A stretch of 55,215 bases of DNA from Acidobacteriota bacterium (GCA_046728115.1 JBKPDW010000110.1:1-55215), one strand, 5' to 3'. Numbered from the stretch's first letter, positions 35,541-46,228 are shown. Program-made: numbers and translations. Notes: generated by a model not told the origin, from the sequence alone.

Positions 35541-36836
35541 TCACACCGGCAGCGGCTTGCCCTTCGTTTCCTCACCGAATGGCAACAGGAGCAGTCCGAT
35601 TACAAACGCAATCGACGTGAACGCAACTGGCGTTCCAATCGTGTGGTACGCCTGGACGCCCGATCCCACGAGGAACGTAATGCCCGCTCCGGCGAAGCGG
35701 CCCACCGACGTCGCAAAGGCGAAGGCGCTGGCTCGACACTCGGTCGAGTACTGCTCGGGCAGCCACAACGTGTACATCGCGAAGTTCGCGCCACCGAGGC
35801 CGAGGAGAAACAGAATCGTCATGAACCACGGCAGCGCATTCGCGGAGAGATAGAAGACGTACCCGAAGCCGATAGCGATCGAGAAGAACATCAGGGCGAA
35901 GAACAGTCCCAACGTCATTCGGCGCCCCAACGATTCGGCCAAGGTCGGCAGGACGAGACACCCAAGTATCGTGCCCGCCGAGAGCAGCATCGTGCCGTAC
36001 GAGGCCAGGCGCGCGGCATCCGCCGCACCATACCCTCCGCGCAGCGCGATCTCTCGCACCGAGGTCGGTACGTAGACGGATCCGGCCCAGAGACCGACGA
36101 TCGATACGAGCAGGTACAACGAATTCAACAACGTCCGCCGCCGGTACATCGCCGAAAACAGTTTCCCGAAGGCTTCCCGCATCGTGGGGCGATGGACGGC
36201 GTCGACGCGTTGCTCCCATGCGGCCGACTCGCGGACACCGTATCGAATGAACGTAACGAGCAACGCAGGCGTGCCGCCGACCGCGAACATCCAGCGCCAC
36301 CCATATTTCGCCCCGACGAAGTAGTTCGCGATGGCCGCGAGAAAGAAGCCGAAGTAGTAGCCCGTATGCATATACCCGGCGCCGTTCTTCCGGCGGTCTT
36401 CCGGCCATTCTTCGGCGACGAACGTGCCGCCCATCGACCACTCGCCGCCGATGCCGATTCCGGCGAGCAGACGGAAGACGGCGAGCTGCCAGATGTTGGT
36501 CACGACCCCGCATAGCAGCGTGAACAGCGAGTAGCAGAGAATCGTGGCCATGAGCGTTCGGACCCGGCCGAAGCGATCGGCGACCGGACCCCACAGCATC
36601 GAGAGCCCCCACCCGATCAAGAACAGCGCGAATAAGACGCTCCCGTAGTAGACGACGTTGATGGGGGTGCCGGGGATACCCGAGCGCGGCAGCAGTTCGG
36701 TCAGCGCCGGTGCCAGGACGAGCGAGTAGATGAACGAGTCCATCCCATCGAGCGCCCAGCCGCCCCACGCGGCCCAGAATCCACGAATCTGATTGCGTGT
36801 GAGCCGGCTGGGACCGGCCGTTCCGGCCAGAGTCAT
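35541..36836 (-). CDS. MFS transporter
   Basis: About 12 TMs; GWALDGMD, motif A GPVADRFGR, GIGIGGEW. Confidence 0.93.
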   Translation of the reverse strand: MTLAGTAGPSRLTRNQIRGFWAAWGGWALDGMDSFIYSLVLAPALTELLPRSGIPGTPINVVYYGSVLFALFLIGWGLSMLWGPVADRFGRVRTLMATILCYSLFTLLCGVVTNIWQLAVFRLLAGIGIGGEWSMGGTFVAEEWPEDRRKNGAGYMHTGYYFGFFLAAIANYFVGAKYGWRWMFAVGGTPALLVTFIRYGVRESAAWEQRVDAVHRPTMREAFGKLFSAMYRRRTLLNSLYLLVSIVGLWAGSVYVPTSVREIALRGGYGAADAARLASYGTMLLSAGTILGCLVLPTLAESLGRRMTLGLFFALMFFSIAIGFGYVFYLSANALPWFMTILFLLGLGGANFAMYTLWLPEQYSTECRASAFAFATSVGRFAGAGITFLVGSGVQAYHTIGTPVAFTSIAFVIGLLLLPFGEETKGKPLPV

Positions 36837-36859
36837 GGTGGCGAGTATAGACTCTCGGA

Positions 36860-38932
36860 ATGGCTCGCAACATCATCGCAGCCGTTCTCGTCGTTCTCGC
36901 GTGTGTTCTCGCGCGCGCGCAGTCCGTACCGACACAGCCGGCCGAAACATTGCTCAGTCGGGCCATCCTCGCAGCCCTCGACGAGGAACTCTCCGGTATG
37001 GCCGCCAAGGACCACGTCTCGCGACTGACACAGCTGCATCGCGTGCCGGCATCTACCGGATTCCATGATGCAGTGGAGTACGTGATGGGGCGCGCCAAAG
37101 CCATCGGGCTGACCGACGCGCATGTCGAGACGTTCCCCGGCGACGGTACGACCTGGTTCGGCACGCTCCATGGCAACCGCGGATGGCGAGTCGAAGCCGG
37201 AACGCTGGACGAGATACAGCCAAAGCCGCGGCGGATCATTTCTTACGACGATGTGCGGTTGGCGGTCGCCGACAACAGTGAAAGCGCAAACGTCACCGTG
37301 GAACTCGTGGACGTCGGATCGGGCGCGCAGCGACAGGACTACGACGGCAAGGACGTCCGCGGCAAGCTGGTCTTGTGCGATGCCGTTCCCGCGGCGTGCC
37401 ATCGGCAAGCCGTCGAAGAACACGGCGCGGTCGGGCTGGTCAGCTACAACTCCAATCAGGTCAGCGCATGGTGGCGCGACGATCAGGATCTGATTCGCTG
37501 GGGGCATCTCGATTCGCGCGGCCGACGCAACACGTTTGCCATCATGATTTCCGGGCGCGAAGCGCGGTCGTTGCAGCAGCGGCTGGCTCGAGGCGAACAC
37601 ATCACGCTCCATGCGGTTGTTCGCGCCCGGAACGACGACACCATGCCGTACGAAACGATCGTTGCCACGATACCCGGCACCGATCCCTCGGCTGGAGACA
37701 TCGTCTTCAGTTGCCATCTCGATCACGAGAAGCCGGGCGCCAACGACAACGCCAGCGGATGCGCATCGATACTCGAGATCGCGCGCGCACTGACAACGCT
37801 GATCGACGCGAAGCGCCTGCCACGGCCCGTGCGGACGATCCGGTTCATCTGGCCGTCCGAGATGACGGGGACGATTGCCTACCTGACGAAGTATCCGGAC
37901 GTCGCCTCGCGCATTCGCGCAGTGGTTCATCTCGACATGGTCGGCGCCAATCCGTTCATCACGAAGTCCATCCTGCACGTGACGCGCTCGCCATGGTCGA
38001 TCGCGACGGTGACCGACGATGTGGAGGAGGTATTCGGCCGGTACGTGATCGAGGGGGCGTTTCGCGCCGCGGCAGAAGGCGACATGACGCATGCGATCCG
38101 ATCGCACGGCGGAACGAAAGACGCCTTCTGGGCCGACATCACGCCTTACGAGAGCGGCAGCGACCACTGGATCTATCAGGAAGGCGCATTTGGCATTCCT
38201 GCGATCTACCTGCGCGATCATCCCGACATCTACATCCACACGACGGGCGATCTCGCCGACAACATCGAGCCGACGAAGATCAAACGGTCTGCCTTCATTG
38301 CGGCCGCTTGCGGCTACTATCTCGCCACGATGCCGGATAAAGGTGAATCGCTTCTGGCATTGAGCGTCGCGAATGCGCACGAGCGACTGGCCGAAGATGG
38401 CAGGCGCGCAGTCGCAATGGCGGCCGATCGCCCTCGCAAGCGCGACGCGGCCATCATCGTCGTGCAGGCCGTGCAGCGCGAACAACGGCGGCTGCGATCG
38501 TTGACGCGGTTCGTGCGGTCGGACTCGCCGGCACACATCGATCAACTCGCCGCGGCGCTGACAGAAACGGCGAAGGCGATCCTCTTGACGTTCCTGACGG
38601 CCGACGAGGTGAGCGGCTTGGCCCAGACTAACTTCAGGATGCCGTCGGCCGACCGACGCGTCCCGGTTCGCAACATGAGCGTCAAGGGTCCGCTCGCGCC
38701 AGACGGGGAGTGGCTCGTCGCAAAGGCGGGCGCGCCGCCGTCGCTCGCCATCGCCCGCACCGACAACGGCGGGGACGTCTCTTACGAAATCGTGAATTTC
38801 ATCGACGGGGTTCGAACGGTCGGCGAGATCCGCGACGCCGTCAGCGCAGAGTTCGCGCCGATTGACCTCTCGGTGGTCGCAGAATACATGGACGTACTCG
38901 CGAGGGCTGGGGCGATCAGCTTCAAACGCTGA
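36860..38932 (+). CDS. Secreted M28-family metallopeptidase with PA domain (DUF4910-like)
   Basis: Signal peptide; CHLDH, GANDNASG, WPSE, HLDMVG, GSDH, HTTGD. Confidence 0.87.
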   Translation: MARNIIAAVLVVLACVLARAQSVPTQPAETLLSRAILAALDEELSGMAAKDHVSRLTQLHRVPASTGFHDAVEYVMGRAKAIGLTDAHVETFPGDGTTWFGTLHGNRGWRVEAGTLDEIQPKPRRIISYDDVRLAVADNSESANVTVELVDVGSGAQRQDYDGKDVRGKLVLCDAVPAACHRQAVEEHGAVGLVSYNSNQVSAWWRDDQDLIRWGHLDSRGRRNTFAIMISGREARSLQQRLARGEHITLHAVVRARNDDTMPYETIVATIPGTDPSAGDIVFSCHLDHEKPGANDNASGCASILEIARALTTLIDAKRLPRPVRTIRFIWPSEMTGTIAYLTKYPDVASRIRAVVHLDMVGANPFITKSILHVTRSPWSIATVTDDVEEVFGRYVIEGAFRAAAEGDMTHAIRSHGGTKDAFWADITPYESGSDHWIYQEGAFGIPAIYLRDHPDIYIHTTGDLADNIEPTKIKRSAFIAAACGYYLATMPDKGESLLALSVANAHERLAEDGRRAVAMAADRPRKRDAAIIVVQAVQREQRRLRSLTRFVRSDSPAHIDQLAAALTETAKAILLTFLTADEVSGLAQTNFRMPSADRRVPVRNMSVKGPLAPDGEWLVAKAGAPPSLAIARTDNGGDVSYEIVNFIDGVRTVGEIRDAVSAEFAPIDLSVVAEYMDVLARAGAISFKR

Positions 38933-39028
38933 GCATCGCCGCAACGAAAACGGCCAAGATCGGGCCGAAAGTCGTCCAATAATAGGGGCGGCTCCCAGAC
39001 GTACACGACAGAGTGGAGGACGGTCCCC

Positions 39029-41644
39029 TTGCCAGGCGACTCGATTGGGCCGTACCAGATCCGCGAAAAGCTCGGCTCCGGTGGCATGGGCGAGGTGTTT
39101 CTGTGCCTCGACACGCGCCTTCAGCGCATGGTGGCTCTGAAGTGTCTGACGAACCGCGACGCCGGCGACGATGACAACAACATCCTGCGCGAAGCGCGAG
39201 CGGCCGCACGGCTGACCAACCCTCACATTGCGAGCGTCTACGACGTCCTGGAGTACGAGGGCCGCGCCTTCATCGTGATGGAGTACGTGGAAGGAGAAAG
39301 CCTCAGGACCAGGCTTCTTCGAAGTTCGCTTTCTCCCGACCTAGCGATCGCGATCGGTCTTCAACTTGCGGATGCGCTCTGCGCAGCGCACACACAAGGC
39401 GTCATCCACCGCGATTTGAAGCCTTCGAATATTCAGCTGATGCAGGATGGCACCGTCAAGGTGCTCGATTTCGGCGTAGCCAAGGTGATTCCGCGGGTAG
39501 AAGGGGTCACTGAAGCCCCCACCACCAGACGCACCGGGGCCGGTGGCCGATCCGACAGTCCTGGCACTCCTGTGTACATGTCGCCAGAACAGCTGATCGG
39601 AGGCCGTGTCGACACTCGATCCGACATCTACAGCCTCGGGGTCGTGTTATTTGAAATGGTGACGGGACGCCGGCCCTACATCGAGACCGACGCGGTCGCG
39701 CTCGCCGTCGCGATGACCACATCGCGGCCTCCGCCGCCAGACGCCATCGATCCACGCGTGCCGCGCCGGTTGTCGTCGGTGATCGTCAAGGCGCTGCAGC
39801 ACGAACCGTTCAATCGTTACCAGTCCGCGCGAGAGCTCGGCGACGCGCTCCAGGAACTGATCGAGCCCACGACCCGCGAGGTTCCCCCGCCTTTTGTCGA
39901 GAACGTCTCTCGCCGCCGATTTTCACGACTCGCACTGGCTGCAGTGGTCGTGGCCGTGGCCGGCGCCCTGGGCTGGCTGATCGCGTCGAGCCGTGCTCGA
40001 ACGCCGGCGCCGAACGCCGCCTCGTCGGTGTTGGCGATTCTGCCCGTGGACAACCCGACAGGCGACCCGCACGCCTCCTATCTGGGAGAGGCGATGGCGT
40101 CGCTGGTAGCTGCCAACTTTCGCACGATCGGCTCGCTGAACGTCGTGTCACGAGCGTCGACGATTGAGTTTGCGCGCAGGCGCAACGATCTTCAGGCGCT
40201 CAAGGATCAACTCGGCGCCGCGTACGTGCTGGACGTGACGGTCAAGACCGCGCGACCCAGCCCGGAATTGACGGCGCGGCTCCGGCGGCCCGGTGATCCC
40301 GAGGCGGGCTGGCAGCAAACGCTGTCCGGTGATCCGGTGGAAATCGAGCGCGCCCTGATAGAAGGCGTGGCCCGCACGCTGTCCGGGTGGACGCGCCGCC
40401 GCTTCACCGACGCGGAATGGTCGAGACTTCGCCGTCTGCCAACCGCGCGCGGCGACGCCGTCGCCGCCTATACCGAGGCACGCGCGCTGCTCGAGCAGAC
40501 GAACGTCCCCGCGAGCATCGAGCGTGCAATCGCCCGTCTGCAGGATGCGATCAACGTGGATCCGTCGTTCGCTGGCGGACACGCCTGGCTTGGCGCCGCG
40601 ATCCTGATGCGCTGGGAACGTGTCCGCGACGCCGCGCTCATCGAGCGTGCGACACCGGCGGTGACGAAAGCATTGCAGCTCGATCCGGAGTTGAGCGCGG
40701 CCCACTACGCAAACGGCATGCTTCTGAACATCACCGGACGGCGCGACGCCGCCGTTCAGTCGTTGCGCCGGGCCATCGAGCTCGATCCCGATTCGGACGA
40801 TCCCCACCGGTTGCTGGGCTGGCGCCTTCTGTCCGCCCAGGGCAAAACCGACGAAGCCGTCGGGGAGCTGCGCGAGGCGGTACGAATCCGGCCCGACTCG
40901 TTCGAAAACTACTACCGCTTAGGGAATGTCTTGTATCTCGCGGGGCGGTATCGCGAGGCTGTGGATGCGTTTCGAGCGGCGACTGAGCTTCAGCCCAGGC
41001 GGGCTGATGTCTTCACGAATCTCGGCGCCACGTACCACATGCTCGGCGACGTCGAGCAGGCGATCGGGAACTATCAGCACGCGATCAGTCTTGGCGCCGG
41101 TGATGCGCAGGCGTACGGGAACCTGGCGTACTTCTATTTTCTGGCTGGCCGCGATAAGCAGGCGCTGCAGACGAGCCTCGAGGCGGTCAAGCGAGATCCG
41201 ACGCGCGCGTCGCTCCAGCGCGATCTCGGAGATTACTACTCGAAACTTGGCCGCACTCGCGAGGCGCACGGCGCCTATCAGCGAGCGATCGAATTGGCGC
41301 AGCAATCGTATGCCGTGAATTCACGCGATGCGGCCGCTGTGATGATCATGGCCCTGTCGGAGGCCCACATCGGCGACCGGGTTGCGGCCGAACGGCACGT
41401 GGCGGAGGCGTTGACGCTGGCGCCTGATGACCGCGACACCCAGATGCGCAGCGCGAAGGTTTACATCGTCCTCGGCAACGCGACGGCGGCGCTCGAACAC
41501 TTGCAGGTGGCCATCGAGCGCGGATATTCTCCGCAGCTGGCCCGCGACGATCCGGAACTGACGGCGCTGAAATCGTCACCGGGGTTCGAGAACGCCGTTA
41601 CGGCTGGCCAGCGGGCACGCGCGCGCGCCGGCACGTCTCGATAG
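39029..41644 (+). CDS. Hanks-type Ser/Thr protein kinase with TM, TolB-N-like domain and TPR repeats
   Basis: GSGGMGEV, VALK, HRDLKPSN, DFG, GTPVYMSPEQ; TM about aa 300-325; multiple TPRs; TTG start after a GGAGG SD. Confidence 0.93.
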   Translation: MPGDSIGPYQIREKLGSGGMGEVFLCLDTRLQRMVALKCLTNRDAGDDDNNILREARAAARLTNPHIASVYDVLEYEGRAFIVMEYVEGESLRTRLLRSSLSPDLAIAIGLQLADALCAAHTQGVIHRDLKPSNIQLMQDGTVKVLDFGVAKVIPRVEGVTEAPTTRRTGAGGRSDSPGTPVYMSPEQLIGGRVDTRSDIYSLGVVLFEMVTGRRPYIETDAVALAVAMTTSRPPPPDAIDPRVPRRLSSVIVKALQHEPFNRYQSARELGDALQELIEPTTREVPPPFVENVSRRRFSRLALAAVVVAVAGALGWLIASSRARTPAPNAASSVLAILPVDNPTGDPHASYLGEAMASLVAANFRTIGSLNVVSRASTIEFARRRNDLQALKDQLGAAYVLDVTVKTARPSPELTARLRRPGDPEAGWQQTLSGDPVEIERALIEGVARTLSGWTRRRFTDAEWSRLRRLPTARGDAVAAYTEARALLEQTNVPASIERAIARLQDAINVDPSFAGGHAWLGAAILMRWERVRDAALIERATPAVTKALQLDPELSAAHYANGMLLNITGRRDAAVQSLRRAIELDPDSDDPHRLLGWRLLSAQGKTDEAVGELREAVRIRPDSFENYYRLGNVLYLAGRYREAVDAFRAATELQPRRADVFTNLGATYHMLGDVEQAIGNYQHAISLGAGDAQAYGNLAYFYFLAGRDKQALQTSLEAVKRDPTRASLQRDLGDYYSKLGRTREAHGAYQRAIELAQQSYAVNSRDAAAVMIMALSEAHIGDRVAAERHVAEALTLAPDDRDTQMRSAKVYIVLGNATAALEHLQVAIERGYSPQLARDDPELTALKSSPGFENAVTAGQRARARAGTSR

Positions 41645-41664
41645 CGTGCAGGCGGGAGCCTAAA

Positions 41665-42060
41665 ATGGAAATCGACGAAATCGACCATGTCGCCACCATC
41701 ACCATCAGCGAGGCTGGCGAGATCAGTGTGGCGCCGGACCCAATCCAGACCATACCCGGCAAGGCGATCGTCTTCGTGATCGTGAACAATCACGGGCAGG
41801 AACATAAAGTCAGCGTTTCTCCGTTTCACTTCCACCGGAAACCGGATTCTCGTCCCGATGCTCCCGATCATCCGATCGATCTGTTCGCGAAGTTCTGGGA
41901 TGACGTTGATGCCGAGGACGCCGGTGCCTTCCAGTTGCGGGTGCGGGATAAGGGAGATTTCCCGAGCGGCTCAGACGACACCCGACCGTTTAGGTACAAG
42001 TACACGATCGCAGCCAAGGGATTGCCGGATTACGATCCGGACCTCGAGATCAACAACTGA
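41665..42060 (+). CDS. Small beta-rich hypothetical protein (ends YKYTI..DP.L, cupredoxin-like/DP-EP-like)
   Basis: GGGAG SD; 20 nt after the kinase stop; acidic 131-aa ORF with normal codon pattern. Confidence 0.65.
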   Translation: MEIDEIDHVATITISEAGEISVAPDPIQTIPGKAIVFVIVNNHGQEHKVSVSPFHFHRKPDSRPDAPDHPIDLFAKFWDDVDAEDAGAFQLRVRDKGDFPSGSDDTRPFRYKYTIAAKGLPDYDPDLEINN

Positions 42061-42064
42061 TCCG

Positions 42065-43390
42065 TCATAGCCCTCCACGGCCGCGCCCACGTCCGGCTGG
42101 GGCGGCTGCCGGCTCGAGCGCGACCGCGCGGCCCGCGACGAACACACGCGTGATCTTCGTCCGCTCGTCGAAGAGGTCGCCGTCGGCCACGACGAGATTG
42201 GCGGCTTTGCCTTTCTCGATTGATCCCACTCGATCGGCGACGCCGGCGATTCGTGCGGCGTCGATCGTCAGCGCTCGGACGGCCGCGTCCTCTGCGAGGC
42301 CGGCCTTGATTGCTTTTGCGGCATTCTTGACCAGGTCCTTCGGATCGGTCAGGCCTGCCGACTCGAAGGCGAAGATGATCCCCGCCTTGGACAGTTCGGC
42401 CGGAGTCCTGGGCGCTGCGGCCCGATCGCGCAGCGCCTCGATCGATTCGTCGGCGTCGGGCGCGAGCTGACGCGGACGCTGCGGATAGTTCAGGCTGTAA
42501 ATGACGCGGACGTTCTGGGCTTTCAGATCGTCCACCACTTCTGTCGCCCCTCGTCCGCCAGTGACGATCGGCACGAGTTTGAGCTCCTTCGCCATCCTGA
42601 GCACGCGCAGGATCTCACGCGTCCGATTGGCTTCGAAGGCAACAGGCAGTTTGCGGTCGACAGCGGGCTGCATCGCTTCGAGTGTCGGATCGTCGGGTTT
42701 CTGGCGCAGCGAGGCGTAGTGCTGTGCGTCGAGAAACGCCTGCCGTACGAACGCGATCACGCCCATCAACGACTGCGGGTAGGCATTTCCACCTGCGCGC
42801 GGCTGGTTGGGAAACGATACGTGTAACGCAATGGGCGCCTTGACGACGATCAGCCCGCGACGTGGCTCGACGATGTTGCCGATCTGAGGCTCGTCGGGCG
42901 GCGCGGCAACGTCAACGAATGCGCTTTGTCCGGCGATGACGTCGCCCGCCGGGAGCGCGAGTACGGATGTGATCCCGGCCGATGCCAGCTTCGTCAGTTC
43001 CGCATCGTCCACCTTGACGGCATCGGCCGCGCGCGCCTGCGGCTTCAGGATCTGCCCGCGCTTCCAGCGCTCGAGCTCTGCGGTGGTGCGCACGTTTTGT
43101 GGCGTTTGCGGTGCAGGTTGATCGGCTGCTCTCGTGTTGCCGAGATCGATCAGGCCCGGGTAAACGGTGAGCCCCTGGCCATCGATCACGGTTGCATCTG
43201 TCGGGACGGTCGCCGTTGCGCCCACCGCGTCGATGAGGCCGCCACGAATCACGACGGTTCCAGCATCGATCGGCGGACCGGCCGCCGTGACGATGCGGAC
43301 GCCACGAATGGCGTAAACGTTCGGCGTCTCTGCGCGAAGCGCGAACGGCAGTGCGATTGCCAGGGTGAATAGAACTGTCGTCGGTTTCAT
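42065..43390 (-). CDS. Secreted amidohydrolase-family protein lacking the HxH metal motif
   Basis: Signal peptide; VYPGLIDLGN replaces PG.IDxHxH; C-terminal T..AARIAGV..RVGSIEKGKAANLVV. Confidence 0.85.
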   Translation of the reverse strand: MKPTTVLFTLAIALPFALRAETPNVYAIRGVRIVTAAGPPIDAGTVVIRGGLIDAVGATATVPTDATVIDGQGLTVYPGLIDLGNTRAADQPAPQTPQNVRTTAELERWKRGQILKPQARAADAVKVDDAELTKLASAGITSVLALPAGDVIAGQSAFVDVAAPPDEPQIGNIVEPRRGLIVVKAPIALHVSFPNQPRAGGNAYPQSLMGVIAFVRQAFLDAQHYASLRQKPDDPTLEAMQPAVDRKLPVAFEANRTREILRVLRMAKELKLVPIVTGGRGATEVVDDLKAQNVRVIYSLNYPQRPRQLAPDADESIEALRDRAAAPRTPAELSKAGIIFAFESAGLTDPKDLVKNAAKAIKAGLAEDAAVRALTIDAARIAGVADRVGSIEKGKAANLVVADGDLFDERTKITRVFVAGRAVALEPAAAPAGRGRGRGGL

Positions 43391-43408
43391 GGGCGAGCCT
43401 TTGCCGAC

Positions 43409-46192
43409 TTACGGCCGTTTCGAGTAGCGCTCGAACAGCTCGAGTTGCTTGTCGTCGAGCGGGACATCACGGCCGGCAATGACCACGTGCGTAATGCGGG
43501 TGCGCACTTCGAGTGGATCACCATTCGACACGATGAGGTTGCCGATCTTGCCCGGCTCGAGGCTGCCGATGCGATCGGCCACACCGAATATCTCAGCAGT
43601 GTTGATGGTCAGCGCTTTCAGCGCCTCGTCGCGAGGCAGACCCCAGCCGACGGCTTCGGCGGCATGATAGGGGACCTGCCGCGCGTTCGTGTCGCTCGGG
43701 ACGGCAAACGCGATCTTGACGCCTGCCTTGACCAGCTCGGCTGCCGCGGCGTAGCTGGCCTGATGCGGCATGTCGGGTCGCGGCGGCAATGTGAGCACCT
43801 GCAGCAGGATCGCGGGGATGTTCTTTTCCTTCAGCAGCGGCGCTGCGAGTGCCGCCTCGGCGCCTGGAGCGGCGATGATCAATCGCACCCCGACGCGATC
43901 TGCAAAGGCGACGACGTCGCGGATGTCGTGATCGTTGGCAACGCGAGCGATGAGGGGCTGCCGCTTGTCCACGATCGGCTCGAGCGACTCGAGGACGAGA
44001 TCGCGGCGCCGATTCGGGCCGGCAGCCTTCATGTACGCACGCGCGTCATCGAACAGACGCGCAACCTTGTCGAGCTGCGCATCGCGCTCCTTCTTTAGAT
44101 CGTCGTAGCTGCGATCCTGATTCGGTCCAGCGCGTCCACCGCCGCCGCCCCGTCCGCCGCCGCCGCCGATGCGTGGGAATTGAAACGAAATGCCGACTGA
44201 CGGCGCCACGGCGCTTTCTTCCCACGTGTACCCATCGAGATCCATCACGGCTGCCTGGCCGCCGAGGAGGCCGCCGCCGGGCGTCACGACGATGGTCGTG
44301 AGACCGTTGGCGCGCGCGACAGGGATGGCTTCGCTGTCATTGTGAAACGCCACCTGGGCACGCAACTGCGGGTTGAAGTCGAGAATCTCGTTGGCGTCAC
44401 CGTAACTGCCAGCTCCGGGATCTTCGAGGCCCATCGTTGTCTGGGCGTTGATGAAGCCTGGATAGATCTCGGCGCCGGCGGCGTCGATCTGCTGCGCCCC
44501 AGCCGGTATGCTGACGTTCGCACCGACCGATTCGATGATGCCGTCACGCATCACGATCGTGCCGCGATCGATTGGCGGTTTGGTAATGGGAAAGATCTTC
44601 GCGTTGGTGATGGCGAGAACGCCCTTGGTGGCTGTACGCAGCGCGAGCCTTGCATCCCTCGACGAGCTCGGGATGCCCTGAGCCTGTCGAGCGAGAGACG
44701 AGCCTTGACCTCGCGCTCCATTCGAACCATCGGGGCCCTGAAAGGACCGCGCTACGTCCGAGGCAACTTCATCGCTCGGCCCGCCCGACGATCGGTTCTC
44801 CCTCGGCGCCGTCGTTTCCGTCGTCGTCGGCGCTCTCCGCTCGTTCCGCTCGGCGTTGACCAGCGCTTCCTTTTCCTTCACGAGATCCGCGATCCGCTTT
44901 TGATCGTCCTGACGGTCGTAGTACTTCTGCCCGTCGATGTAGACGCGATCGACGATGGCGTACGTGCTGAGCGGGTGATGATTCCAGATGACCACGTCGG
45001 CGTCCTTGCCGACTTCCAGCGAGCCAACGCGGTTGTCGATGCGAAGTTGCTTCGCCGGATTGATTGTGACCAGCGACAGCGCCTCGTCGTCGCTCAACCC
45101 ACCCCATTTGATCGACTTGGCCGCCTCGGTATTTAGATGGCGCGCGAGTTCTGCATCGTCTGAATTGATGGAGGCGACGACGCCCTTGCGCGTCATCAGC
45201 GCAGCGTTGTAGGGAATCGCGTCGATCGCTTCGATCTTGTAACCCCACCAGTCGGCGAACGTGGACGCGCCGGCCCCATGAGCGGCGATTTCCTTCGCGA
45301 CCTTGTAGCCTTCGAGAACGTGCTGCAGTGTTGCGATCTTGAATCCGAATTCGTCGGCGACGCGCAGCAGCATCAGGATCTCGTCGGCGCGATAGGAGTG
45401 TGCGTGAACGAGTCGCTTGCCTTCGAGGATTTCGACGAGCGGCTCGAGTTGCAGGTCGCGTCGCGGCGCCTCGACGTTCTCGCCGGCCTTCTTGCGCCGC
45501 TCGTAGTCCTGCCAATCCTTCTCGTACGCCCTGGCCCGTGCAAACGCGTCGCGGATGACGTATTCGACGCCCATCCGGGTGCCGGGGTAACGAGCGGGTC
45601 CCGGATTCTGAAGGCCGCCGGCGCCGCCGCCGCGCCGTTTCGGATTCTCACCGAGCGCGAACTTGATGCCGGGCATCGCGCCCTCGAACATGAAGTCCCC
45701 GGCGCGCGGCTTGCCCCACCGCAGTTTGATGACGTAATTCTTGCCGCCGATCGGGTTCGCGCTGCCGTGCAGCACGTTGGCGACGGTCAGACCGCCGGCC
45801 AGGTCGCGATATATATTGACGTCGCTTGGATCGAACACGTCTTCTATTCCGGTCATCGAGCTGACTGTCGTGCCGCCCTCGTTGATCGAATCGGCGGCGA
45901 TATGCGAGTGGCAGTCGATGATGCCCGGCGAGATGAACTTGCCGGTGGCGTCCACGACCTCGGCGCCCGAAGGAATGGCCACGTCTGCTCCAAGCGCTGC
46001 GATTTTGCCCTCGCGCAGCACGATAGTGGCGTTCTGAATCGCGCCCTTCGTCACCGTCAGGATCGTGCCGCCACGGATGGCCACGATCGATGGTGTGGCG
46101 CGCGTCTGGGCTCTCGGCCGCGGCAGCGCGGCCAGCGCGAGGCAGAGCACGCCGACGAGGATCGCGAGAGATCTGCCACGAATGTGCGCCAT
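43409..46192 (-). CDS. Secreted tandem amidohydrolase fusion (N domain with HxH, C domain degenerate)
   Basis: N domain PGIIDCHSH, HAHSYR, QHVLEG, SINSD; C domain YPGFINAQTT; two GSLE.GK motifs. Confidence 0.88.
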   Translation of the reverse strand: MAHIRGRSLAILVGVLCLALAALPRPRAQTRATPSIVAIRGGTILTVTKGAIQNATIVLREGKIAALGADVAIPSGAEVVDATGKFISPGIIDCHSHIAADSINEGGTTVSSMTGIEDVFDPSDVNIYRDLAGGLTVANVLHGSANPIGGKNYVIKLRWGKPRAGDFMFEGAMPGIKFALGENPKRRGGGAGGLQNPGPARYPGTRMGVEYVIRDAFARARAYEKDWQDYERRKKAGENVEAPRRDLQLEPLVEILEGKRLVHAHSYRADEILMLLRVADEFGFKIATLQHVLEGYKVAKEIAAHGAGASTFADWWGYKIEAIDAIPYNAALMTRKGVVASINSDDAELARHLNTEAAKSIKWGGLSDDEALSLVTINPAKQLRIDNRVGSLEVGKDADVVIWNHHPLSTYAIVDRVYIDGQKYYDRQDDQKRIADLVKEKEALVNAERNERRAPTTTETTAPRENRSSGGPSDEVASDVARSFQGPDGSNGARGQGSSLARQAQGIPSSSRDARLALRTATKGVLAITNAKIFPITKPPIDRGTIVMRDGIIESVGANVSIPAGAQQIDAAGAEIYPGFINAQTTMGLEDPGAGSYGDANEILDFNPQLRAQVAFHNDSEAIPVARANGLTTIVVTPGGGLLGGQAAVMDLDGYTWEESAVAPSVGISFQFPRIGGGGGRGGGGGRAGPNQDRSYDDLKKERDAQLDKVARLFDDARAYMKAAGPNRRRDLVLESLEPIVDKRQPLIARVANDHDIRDVVAFADRVGVRLIIAAPGAEAALAAPLLKEKNIPAILLQVLTLPPRPDMPHQASYAAAAELVKAGVKIAFAVPSDTNARQVPYHAAEAVGWGLPRDEALKALTINTAEIFGVADRIGSLEPGKIGNLIVSNGDPLEVRTRITHVVIAGRDVPLDDKQLELFERYSKRP

Positions 46193-46228
46193 CACGTTTA
46201 CCCTCCGTCGGAAAACGGCGTTATCTTC

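Noticed and set aside
36833-39226. 797-aa antisense ORF, and other long shadow ORFs (for example 20865-22733, 35572-37239, 45278-46801, 46991-48343, 53911-55212)
   Set aside because: They overlap well-supported genes on the opposite strand or in another frame, are Arg/Ala/Pro-rich without motifs, and are expected in high-GC DNA where stops are rare
44128-44172. (CCG)n-like tract as a contingency repeat
   Set aside because: It encodes an in-frame Gly-rich linker (GGGGGRGGGGGR); trinucleotide units do not shift the frame
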